Part shown: positions 54,010 through 64,000 of the stretch, one piece after another
Numbering within the stretch: position 1 is the first letter of the stretch
How the letters are laid out: every line of letters begins with the position of its first letter
Source of the DNA: Raillietiella orientalis
Lineage: Eukaryota
Direction: 5' to 3'
Length of the DNA: 64,000 nucleotides
Assembly: GCA_036172245.1 (NCBI GenBank)
Contig: JAYWIR010000004.1
Span: 6,572,001-6,636,000, forward strand
Notes under the pieces: model-generated
Seen by the model: only the letters and a program-made list of their open reading frames with translations
What the model was told of the DNA's origin: nothing
Database searches by the model: none
Made by a program: the position numbers and the translations under genes

Positions 54010-54190
54010 GGTACCGTAATTTTCCGGGCGGGACAGAAGATGAAAGATCTTAAAAATAGAGATTCCTCTCTTATAATTAGAAACTGGTAAGCATTACAAA
54101 CGGTGATGATGATCTTGGAAGATTTTTATTTGACACTAACTCATGTAACTGGTACCGTAATTTTCCGGGCGGGACAGAAGAAGAAAGATC
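54010..54190 (+). repeat. 40-bp direct repeat (54010-54049 and 54151-54190)
   Basis: GGTACCGTAATTTTCCGGGCGGGACAGAAGA(T/A)GAAAGATC occurs twice, identical at 39 of 40 positions. A partial third copy, GTAATTTTCCGG, lies at 54000-54011. Confidence 0.9.
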
Positions 54191-54499
54191 CATTGGAAGA
54201 TGGAATGTTTTCTCCAGCGATAGAGGGACGCGGATGAGGTGGACTGAGTTCGGGAGAGTCTGCATCGAGGCTGCGAGATTTCAAAGAGAAGGAAAACGAG
54301 TAAAATTTTGGCTAAATAATTGGAAACCAAATAAAGCTGCTCCTTTATAAATCCCGGGCAGATACAACCTCATTGAGCTGCAAGCTGAAGAGAAGCGGTA
54401 AAGGATTAGAAAAACACAGCAGCAGCAGACGGCTCTGAGATCAAGATGTGCCAACAAACAACAAAATAAGCAGGATTAAAACTTCCGTTTCGTTTGATG

Positions 54500-56950
54500 C
54501 GTTTGTAGGAAGCAGCCAGTAAATAAAAGAAGTGATGTGTTTCATTGCTATTTTCCCCAGAATACCTACTCCGAAGGAAATGTGTCCTAAATACACCTTT
54601 ATTAAACAATAAAAGTGTTCTGTGCAGCAGGATTTCGTTCACAGGTGGTACGTGGCTCTTGAGCTTTTCTCCTGATAAGAAGAGTGTGTATCACTCGCAT
54701 AGCAAGGCTTATTGGAAGAGCTGGTGCGAAAGCGTTGTTCGTTGAACTGGAGGCGTGGGAAGGCCATCTGAATTTTATGCTTTGCACCAAATTGTGCGTG
54801 GGAAGGATTCTGGGTGTTTCTGCGCATTTGGGCTGTCATAAAATAAGTTCGGTCCTCTGCGTGCCTACCAAGCCGGAATACTACTCAGTGACTTGCATTT
54901 AGTGAGTTGCTGAATTCTGTAAGGTGGTTTCCGCTTCCATCCGCTTTGAAACTTTAAGGTTCCGTGGCAGGAGGATGAGTGTTAAAAGGGTCTGGTTTTT
55001 CTTAGTCATATCTTCACCGCATTTCTCTCCAGATGGAGGTGATGAGTCAAGGTTGTGGGTGGCAGCTCCTAGAGCCAACACGGGAAACCTACTTCCGCTT
55101 GCTAGCTATTTCCATTCTTTTGTCGAAAGTAGATCCGCCATTCAGGTCGTTCAAAGACAATGAAGTTTGCTGATCTTATTCACAAGTTACTACGGAGCAC
55201 TTAGAATAGCCAAATTCTTCTTACATTTGGAGTGTTTCTTTTTCTTTTTTGCAGCTACCACTTTGCCTCTTTGTGTCATTGCCATATTTACATTTTTATC
55301 ATTTTCAAGGTATGGACCTTGCATGTCTTTCAGGAACGGGATGTTAGAAAGAGACTGGTGAGACGATCTTGTAGATGGTTCGGTACGGGAGCATGAAATG
55401 CATGGTTTGACTGCTTGTCGCAGAGGAACCGTTATGAAACTAACTCCAGTTTCGTTTCATGGACACAAGGACAGCTGCCACCTCTGCACTTGCTACCGGC
55501 TTGTAAAGCTCATCGCCATACTCCTTCCTGTGATTATGTGTTCAGTAGATGCGCTTGCCTATAGAGAGAAACCGAATGCCTGTTCCTTGATGGAAGCTCC
55601 AGGCATTCCGAGGTTTTGTTTGGGACCTCTTGGAGGTGCCTCGAGTAAAGGGAAGGACAAAAGATCGTTGGTCGAAAGGAGAAAAACGCAGAAGAATAGA
55701 ATGGATGGTTAGTCTTCCGACCTAAAGAGTGCAGGGCATCCAGGGATGTAATTCGTTGCAACTAGAAGGACGCCAGATTGTGCAATCTGCTTTCCCAGTG
55801 ATCTTGAAGTGGGAAGGAGTAGTCGTGGGGAGAGTGAAGGGATTTTTGCCTGTCTGCAAGCGCCCGTTACCGTATGCTTGAAATCCTGTCTCGCGCACTC
55901 CCTGCAGCCAAGCTCACAAGAAGGATTGGCAGAATCATGCTGGAGTGGACAATGCTCCCCTGGTCGACGATAGCTCCTTTCTGTCGAATGGAAACTTAGG
56001 GTGAGGGGCACCTTTACTCGGAAATAAGTGGAAGAGAAGCAGAGAGATCGTAACTGACGAAGCCAAGATCCGAGACGACGAACGGCGGAGTATCAGGGAT
56101 AAGTCGTACCTCTTGATAGATAGATTCTTGGAGCTCCTTCAGAAACCTCGAATTTCAAGATGGAAAAACTGTGGGACATAGTCCTCGCTTTCAGGATGGT
56201 GATTTTGCTGCGATGACTGGACTGCTCTTGCACTGGACAACTCTTTTCCTGTAGGAGGAGGAGAAGCGGATCCTTCCGGGGAAATGGCCGCAATCAATTC
56301 CTGTTCTTGATGAACACGTTCACGGCTGGAGACGAAATCAAAAGACAAGACTTGGAGTGCAGAGAAGAAACGATCAGAAGAAAAACACTTCCCGATGGAA
56401 AGAACCATCGAGCTAACTGAAGGCTCTCTAGGTTGCTCAACATCTTGCGTTAGTCTGCCTGCCAGGCCAGTTCAGGGTGACTCCAGGAACCATGGAAACG
56501 ATTTTTTCAGGAGTGCTGGTCAGCATAGTAGAGTCTTGGTTTCCGAGATGGTTGCCTTTTGCCAAACCAATCAGATAAAAATCATTGCAGAAAAGAGCAG
56601 AAGGTGCCGAAAATTATTGTCGCCTCTGGATCGTGTTTCCTACCATCCTTGGGCCTCCCAAAGATGGCTGGATCAACTCAGTCACTGTCCTCTGGCTCGT
56701 TGGTTTACTGCCTCGTGTGAGATTCATGTCTTCAGAAGCCTCTAGCGCATCCTCCCTCTCAACTTTACTCTTTCTTTCCACAGTTATCTTCCATGTCTCG
56801 AAGAAGGCAAGAAGCTGGTCCATATTCAAGAATCGATATTCGCCTAAAAAGCGAATATCGGAGGCCAAGACGGGGGACTGAACCTATTTTCTTGGTGCCC
56901 TCGTTGTCTCCTTCACTACTGCCAACTCACTTTCCACTTTACAATGAGGA
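54500..56950 (-). mobile_element. Decayed Gypsy pol (RT-RNase H-integrase)
   Basis: In order: KVESEL, DIRFLGEYRFLN (cf. IRxCxDYRxLN), DALEASEDMNL..SQ, FCNDFI, DPLLLLLQEK..ILKARTMS, STERSY and NYIPG. Confidence 0.62.
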
Positions 56951-57149
56951 GCCTTTGGGTCCATGACGCAAAGTCCCTTTAGTTCTTCTTTGCATCAATT
57001 TTACATCCTCAGGATTTTTTCAAGAGGTCGCTTCAGACTCCAGGTCAGCGGGCACTACCTCGACAGAACATTCCTGTGAGCATCCAGACACTCGTTGCTG
57101 CTTTGACTCGTCACACCCGAGCAGCTGTGAACCTGCAACACGATGCTGG

Positions 57150-58230
57150 ACTTTCGACGCCCTCACCGCGTAAAAGATGCCCAAACCTTATTCTCCTCAG
57201 CGCTGTTGTGCCTACCAAGACCTTGCTCGCTACCATCGCTCTCATCCCCAGTCGAATGGGACGGCATCTTGCTACGTGCTCTTCGACGAGCCCGTGGGAG
57301 TTGCGGGAAGCGCTCACATTCTCCCTACCCTCCCTTGGCTACTGATGTCGGTGGTCGCCGCGTGGTTTTTCGGTGAGATCTCACCTCTTTGTCCACTCCG
57401 TACGCATTTGGCTTCCCGCTGCCCGCGGTCACAGCGCCTCCAGAGTGGTTCTGCCGTGCTCTCCGGCAGGTGTCGTGCCGCCGAGGAAGCGCGAAGGTGC
57501 CGCGCCGCGAGTGGGCGCAGTCCTTCGGTGCGTCTCACGCTTGCTTTTTGAGCAGCAGTTTCGTGGGAGTTAGAGGAGGAGGAATCTCCGGAGGGCGTCG
57601 GACCTCGCGTGCGCGCAAAGCCAGTCAGCGTATCCTCCCTTTCGAGCACTGAGCCACCACCTCAGGAGGCTCCACCGCTGAAGAGAGAGAGAGAGAGCAC
57701 AGTAGAGAGGGGTGGCGCTGGGGAAGAAGGAGGGTAGTGGTGGAAGTGCTCAGAGAGGAAGCGATCCCTCCGTGTAGAAGGGGTGGGTGGGGAATCTCTC
57801 CTGGGCTGCCCCGAGTATGAAGAAAGTGGTGGACGAAGTCCTAGGTTTTAGTCTACAGCTCCTTGGGAGCGATCCTGGAGCGTTTCCTGGGATGATGGCA
57901 TGACTCGGCTCCCAGTTCATCCCAGGAGCTTAGAGGAAGCTCATCACTTCTCACGCGTGATCGGAGGGAGAACACGCTCTCCCATTCGCTTGTTCCATCG
58001 CTTCCTTTCCGCCTTCTACCCGTTTCCAGGGTGACCGGTGCCGTCTCAAGTTTCCCTAAGGGTCCTCCCTCGGCCCATCTCTTCCTCTCCCCCTCCCTTC
58101 CATCTTCCATGGCCCTCGATATGCTCCTCCGAAGCAGGCCACGGCATCCCCCGACGTCCGAGAGACTCGCACGTGGACGGTGCCCCGAGGGCGTTTCGGA
58201 CAGGTCAGCGACTCCGCGCAGCGTGCCAGC
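57150..58230 (-). mobile_element. Decayed Gypsy integrase
   Basis: In order: ETPSGHRP, EWESV..LPLS, NSHGLVEE (cf. QSNGLVER) and FGHLLR. Confidence 0.4.
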
Positions 58231-58899
58231 GTGTGCATCCGCAACGGCGCGCGTCCTCGAACGATGAGGGCGTGTTTCCCCGCTCTCTCCTTCTCCTCCG
58301 CCTTCGCCTCGAGTTGCCACCTGACCTTTTCCTTCCGGAGGAGACCCTGCGGACGCACGCGCGGTCGGTCGGCGCGGCGGACGGGCGCTTTCCGGGCACC
58401 CTTTTCCGGCTGCAGGATCGAGGTCACCTCTCCTCCTCCGGGAGGGCAGGGGAGAGCGCTTGGAGACGCAGATCGGAGCTGCCTCCCCTCCCCGCTTCGT
58501 TATCCCACTCCCTTTCTCCTCCTCCTCCTATCCAGCCTGATCCAGAGCCAACTGCCCGCGCGCAGGAGAGCTCGAGTCCCGGCGTCCTGCCACTTCCCCC
58601 TATCCAGCCGCCTGCCAACAAGGAGCAGCATCTTCCCAAGCTCCTCCTCTCGCTACCAGCCCTCCTCTGCTCCGGAGTGCCCGGAGGGAAAGATGCTTCC
58701 GGTCTAAGAAAGGGGGGGCGCAGCCTCCCGCTCCTGTTCAAGGGAGATGAGGGCAGTGGCGCCACCTCCGGAAGGGAGGGGAGATGCGATGAGCGTCGAT
58801 GCGTCTTTGGGGCCTCCGCATGTCCGGCGGAGGCCCCAAAGAGGAGGCGAGACTCCGAGACCCGAAGAGGAAGCTCCTGAGAGGGAGCCCGGGATGCGA

Positions 58900-61800
58900 A
58901 CGCTGCCCGTGAGGGTCGGCGTCACACACACACACACAGGTCCACCGCGCCGGAAATTGAGGAGATCCAGGAGGGTCCTGGATCCACGCCTGGGGAACTC
59001 GGCATCCTTTGGACCCACGAGGGGTCATCAAGGCTGCTTGGACATCAACCAAACGAGGGTGGGGATGAGGAAAGAGTCGAACGAGGGGCAGACAAGGGAA
59101 GGCTGGTGGTGAATTCCAATGGAAAAAACCTCCACTCTCATCTTTCCTGAACCGAGGGGCCTTTTGTTCCATGTGGTGGCTGCATCGTGGCTGGAGGGGA
59201 GACTACAGAGGTCGGAGGAGCCGCTCAAAGGTGCGACGCTTGCATCCGCAAGCTCTGGACCTGTCGGCAGCCCCACCGTCGCCCCTCCGTGGTCGCGTGC
59301 ACGAGGACCTGCTGCGCAAACTGTTCCATCGAGTATTCCTTCCATAGGGAGGAAGCATAGGAGAGGTCTTTTCGACCCGAGTCGGAAGGGTGGCCCGAGG
59401 AGGGGGAGACCACCACAATCTCCAATGGCCGCGAAGCGGTCGGCTGCTGCCGAGGCAGGGTGGAGCGGTGCTTCTTCGTAGGAAGATGGCCGTCGGCTCC
59501 CTGACCGCCGCGGGAGGGAGGAAGGGGTGCGGAGGGAACGCGCGCCCGCCTTCTGCAGGCATCCTTCCGATGGCGACTCGGCTGCCACGCGCTTTCCAGA
59601 AGTGCGGCTCCATCCGGATGGGCGTGCCCGCCTGTGGATCCCCCACGAGGTGCGCCGGAGGCGGCAATTCTCCAGCAGCGCCCGCAGGGATTGGCTAGTC
59701 CAAGTAGGGAGGGAGGCGAGGCAGTCATAGCGCTCCGGGTTGGCTCCAACGGCACCCTCGCCAATGAGAACAGCCGTGCTCGCGCCCATGGGAAGTGGCA
59801 GATGGTTCCCTCGGCGGTCGAGCGTTCGGGGAGGGGGGAGGAATTTCCTGAGAAGGGATGCGACCGGAGGCGAGTGGACGGGAGAGGCAGAGGAAAAGAG
59901 TAGAGACTCTGCGGGAGTCGGTTGCCGAGAGCCCTGGGTCTCTAGGGGGATGAACTCACCGCAGCTACGGCAGCAGGAACGGGCGAAGAGGAGAAAGGGG
60001 CCACGCGCCTTCGCCCCCCCCCCCCCCAAACGTTCCAGCTGAAGACTGCAGGCTCATGGGGCCGGCGTTCCTACGGCGGGTATCCGCCCCGCAGCGAGAG
60101 TTCAGGGGATCCGATCGGAGAGGATCAAAGGACAAGGGAAGAGGGAACACGTGGGTCCACGGGTCCACCCACAGCGGGCGGCAGCCTTTCGGCTTCTCGT
60201 GCCGGAAGGCGGGGAGGACGGCGCCCCAGGAAGGAACTGTTCGTGTCGACTCCATGCCGACGTAGCTTCTATTTGTCGACATCTGGGAAGTGAAGGTCGA
60301 ATTCCCTTGAAAAAGGGGTAGCCACCTTGCTTTCCTCCCAGCCTCTCGAATTTCACGCTACTTTGATGGCGCAGATCAGCATCCATCGCAACCCCGTCGT
60401 GCCGTTCTTGGTGGGAAAACGGGCAGCTGCTCTGCCTAATGCCCCTAAAATCCCCTTGAGCAGGAAAGCCGCTTCGCGTGGTTCGGGAAATCATTGCTGC
60501 TGGGAGCATCTTCCAGACCGAGCGCTCCCGTCGAATTTGCACCCACCATCGCTGCTAGCCGGGACAGAGCACGAAACGCGAGTGGTCAGGGGGAATTGGG
60601 CTCCAGGGGGAGAAAGGAGTCGTGCGAGTCGTCACGGACCGCCTGAGGGCACTTGGGATCGTCAGGCGGAACAAGCAGAGCGGGCGGAGCGCACGGAGAC
60701 CAGGATGAGGTCCGGTGCAACTTCTTAGGTGTGCGGTTGGATAGAGCCAACGGACTGCCACGGCTGTCCTTCCACTGCGATGGGTCGGATTCCCATCATC
60801 AGTTCCGGCATCCCTTGCGTGCGCACTTTGGGCTCGCGGCCCTTCTGTGGATCCTCCACCGATCGGCTGCGTTGCGGTTTCACCACCCACCGTCGCAAAC
60901 GGGGGCATCGCTGACCCAGAGGAAAACGCTCTCTCCTTCCTCTCGATCTGTCTGGGAAACGCAGCGCCTAGTCCTGAGAAAACAGACGGAGGATCACTGC
61001 TGCGGGCGGGAGATCTTCCCCGTCCTCAAATTCGCATCTTTTCGGCCTCCTGAAAGCGAGAGAGGGAGGAAGCAGGTTTGCATCGTTTTAGCCTCCTCCC
61101 TCTCTTGCTTTTCAGAATCCAATGCGATACTCCTTGCTGTCATTTTCTGAAGGGAACAGAAAGGCAAGAAAGGTCTTCCCTCTTGCTGCTTCCAATTTCT
61201 TTCTTTCTACTTCAGAGTCTTCTGAACAAAACAACACCAAAAAGATTCCCTGTCCGTAGGCGATTGTATCCCTGGCTCACCTGCTCGTGGAAAACGTCGC
61301 TTTCAGGGTTTTCAGGGCTGATCTTTCCTTACATGGTCCACTTTCCAATCCTTAGTTTTAAGCAGCGCCTGACCTTCTGCAAGAGACTGATGGTCAACCG
61401 GCCAACCTTGATAGGACCGGTGGATCTCTTCCTCCAGCTGAGCTTCAATCTTCGAGAGCATGCGGACTGCACTTTTGTGGATTTTTCCTCTCTTTCCCCC
61501 TCCCTCTCTGGATGCGTCTTTGCCTTTCCACGCCTTTACCGCTCTGATTGCTCTTGTAAAAGTCGGGCAGGCCATCGCGGATTGCTTTCCCCCTTTCCTG
61601 GAGTGCGGAGGAGCCCTGGGAACTTTCGATTGAAAAAATTCCTTGCATCATTTTCGTCCTTGGACGCAGGCTGAGCACGAGCCCCTCGGGGAGTGCTTCC
61701 TCTCAGACTGTTACCGTTGAAAACGAGACTCAGCAATTTCTTCCGGGTGGGAGATCGGACGCGAACTGCGATCGGGTGCTAGTCCCCATCACCCAGGACA

Positions 61801-62150
61801 GAAGATCATCGCAAGGCGGATAAAAGCTGGAGCCCACCTCCGTCCATCCTGAAGACCCAAGTAGTCCCAGCTATTCCTTGAATTTTCCTGCTCCGCGTGT
61901 CGCTTTGCAGGCACTTTTGGCCCCATTCCTGTTCGACCTCACTCCTCTTCTGCGGGGGTCGTGAAGCTCTGAGGGAAGGGGAACAGCAAGCATCAAAATT
62001 TCTGGAGTGGATTCGGGCGTTTCCATCTTGTCTTGACTGAGTTCCCAACTGGCATCTGTTTCCTCTAAGAGTTTTCCTCGAAAAGCAATCGATGAGCCTT
62101 CTTTTGGCAGAAAACGTTCTTCTTCGAGCGCCCTTCCAACTCTCCACGCT
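58900..62150 (-). mobile_element. Decayed Gypsy (Mag/K02A2.6-like) pol
   Basis: In order: LEEEIHR..KTKDWKV, FPLG/SDAP, VEDP, NRSYVGMES..WGAV..FRH, LRALLE..WGI..ARPSGW, APLHP (a hallmark of this group), GLP, MTPRGSKG and SRTLLDLL. Confidence 0.68.
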
Positions 62151-62379
62151 GCTTCGAACGTTTCCGGATTTCCCGAGGGACCGCTATGAGCGCATGTCCT
62201 ATTTCTTAGAGGAAGAAATTCCTGTGGACCGCTCTACTCATCCACAGAAAGGCCCTTCCTCTGCTCTTCCCCCGCCCAACTGTAGGGGTGGAGGTGATTT
62301 TCTCCTTGAAGGAAAGACTTCGCTGAGGAAGCCACCCAACCATTCCACTCGGTGAACGGGTAGCTCGAAGACCGGAGTG

Positions 62380-64000
62380 AACAGAGAGTGCGTGTACCTG
62401 CAACCGACTAATCTGGCACACGTATCTGGCAAGTCTCCTGGAAGAATGCCCAAACTTGCGGAAAATGCTTCAGTTTACCATAAACTCGTGCCTCCATATC
62501 GTTCTACTGATCCTTTGTTACCGCTTTCTACCGCATGGTTCACAATTCTGTTTCTTCGGTATTCTGTGACCGGCTTAGGGAATTTTGGCATTATGAAGTT
62601 CCAAAACTTTCTAAGAAGAAGGAGAAAATTTATGAGATTCGGTGACCGTTGCTTAGAGAGTTGCTCCAGGCAAGAGCAAGAGGAACCATTCGCGGGAAAC
62701 GATCCCTGCCTGCCTGCTTCGAATGAAGCTTGGATTCAGATGGCTGAAAAATTTCTTCTTCCCTTGCCATTTCCTATGATTCTCCGGTTTTACGATGCTG
62801 GTATCTTACGATCTTGGTATTCTGTTGCCGTCTGAAGGACTGCCATAGTCGAAGATAACCTACCAAGTTTGCCTGTGTCTGGATTCGGAAATCTTTCTCC
62901 AAGCCGTAGAGAAGATAGCCCATCTGCGAGCGAGTCCTTGTCGTCACGAGGCGGGAGTGAGGAAGTTCGCATTCTGATTCGCGAGAGATGAGGAGGAAAA
63001 CATCTGATCGCCTCCGCCGACCTTTGTCATTACACCCTCGTGCCTCCTCTCTCCAGGTAACAGCCCAGAATACCAGCAGGTGCAGGCCTCGGCTGGCGGG
63101 AGCGGAAAAACCAGGCGCCTTCAGAGATCATCGTGAGCTTTCCAGGAAGCAGACCGAAAATCTGTTCGTTGTCATCGGGACCGCGAAGACAGCAGCTTTG
63201 CCACGATTCGGAAATGGGTTCCTTCTCTGCCCTCTATTTTCTCCCTAGCTCCTTATTTTTTCAGGCTCACGAAGTGCAACCCCGAGAGAGGCCTCGCTGC
63301 CTGCCGAAAATCGGTCTCTTGTCGGAGAATCGCTGTCACTGCCGTCATCACGCGAGCATCGGGTGCCGAAAGAGGCGATTCTTTAATGGCGTCTCTACCT
63401 ACCTTCAACAGGTGACAGAGAGCGGATGTCATTTCCACGTGCTTGCTGGCAGCTTGGAGTGTCTGCGGACGCCGGTGAGGCGCAATTTCTCCAGTGGGAA
63501 CCTACGATGTGCTGCTTTACTCGCGAGGCAAGCCAAAAAATGGCGAAAATTTTGCATTTTCCTCAAACTGATTGTGGTCTCAGTGGTGCGGCTGCTGTTT
63601 CCACTGCCATCGAAAAGTCACTATCATTTTTTACATATCTTTTGGTCTTCGTAACAACAGATGAACTTCTGTCTGATCGTTCGGAAAAACAGTCACACCG
63701 AAGCCGCGAGCCACGATCCATAGACGCTATCATCAACTGCTTGCAGACCTCAGTTCGACTGAGGAAGTGGCACGTGTGCCCTTATCTCTGAAGACAATCT
63801 GGAAGACATTCCGACGGATGCACACGGCATATGACAAATCGAGCCGTTCATACCCCAGGAAACCAAGCCACAAGACCTCGCCGTCTAGTTTTGCTGAAGC
63901 CGGGGAGTCTGATTTCTTAGTAATGAACCACTCCTTGACCACCGTGCAGAGAATGCTCTACAAAAAATTACCGCGCTTCATTCGGAAACGAAGTCAGACA
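62380..64000 (+). mobile_element. Probable decayed BEL/Pao retrotransposon (RNase H end-integrase), running off the window
   Basis: In order: YLQPTNLAHVSG (cf. V...NPADxxSRG), RPRCLPK...HHASIG (cf. PIILPK..H..HAG), QKMAKIL, SIDAIINCL, LISEDN and PFIP. These follow the BEL/Pao motif order. Confidence 0.45.

Noticed and set aside
56600..57000. pogo/Tc2 DDE transposase (FLNMDQ..., DGRK..IIF)
   Set aside because: The same stretch fits the Gypsy RT N-terminus better (KVESEL...IRFLGEYRFLN) and continues collinearly into RT thumb, RNase H and integrase.
8000..64000. Paired LTRs, PBS/PPT, CRISPR arrays, tRNA or rRNA genes
   Set aside because: I found no long direct repeats, regularly spaced repeats or RNA-gene signatures by eye. 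Purine tracts (for example 40640-40682) are too common here to call as PPTs. Small exons of a large host gene cannot be fully excluded without RNA data.

Overview
This is eukaryotic (metazoan, probably invertebrate) genomic DNA, not prokaryotic. Bases 1-7.8 kb are a very compact, AT-rich housekeeping cluster with many tiny introns (40-61 nt). It holds the last exon of a TKL-type protein kinase (+), a mitochondrial RluA-family pseudouridine synthase (RPUSD3/4-like, +), RSL24D1/RLP24 (-, with a GC-AG first intron) and CCDC124 (-). From about 8 kb to the end I find no intact host gene. Manual translation across frameshifts and stops instead shows a densely packed graveyard of about 23 heavily decayed Ty3/Gypsy pol fragments, with RT, RNase H and integrase motifs in the expected order, plus one more between RSL24D1 and CCDC124. 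There is also one probable BEL/Pao fragment and one piggyBac-type MITE. The fragments lie in orientation blocks, mostly on the minus strand. Their base composition changes from AT-rich near the genes to very GC-rich at 32-46 kb and 57-61 kb, which explains the many overlapping ORFs there. Fossil boundaries are approximate, and the motif matches were made by eye without HMM searches. I found no convincing new protein-coding system. The best leads are regulatory or architectural: a possible piRNA-cluster-like locus, a possible dicistronic or trans-spliced gene pair, and a tandem GC/GT splice donor.
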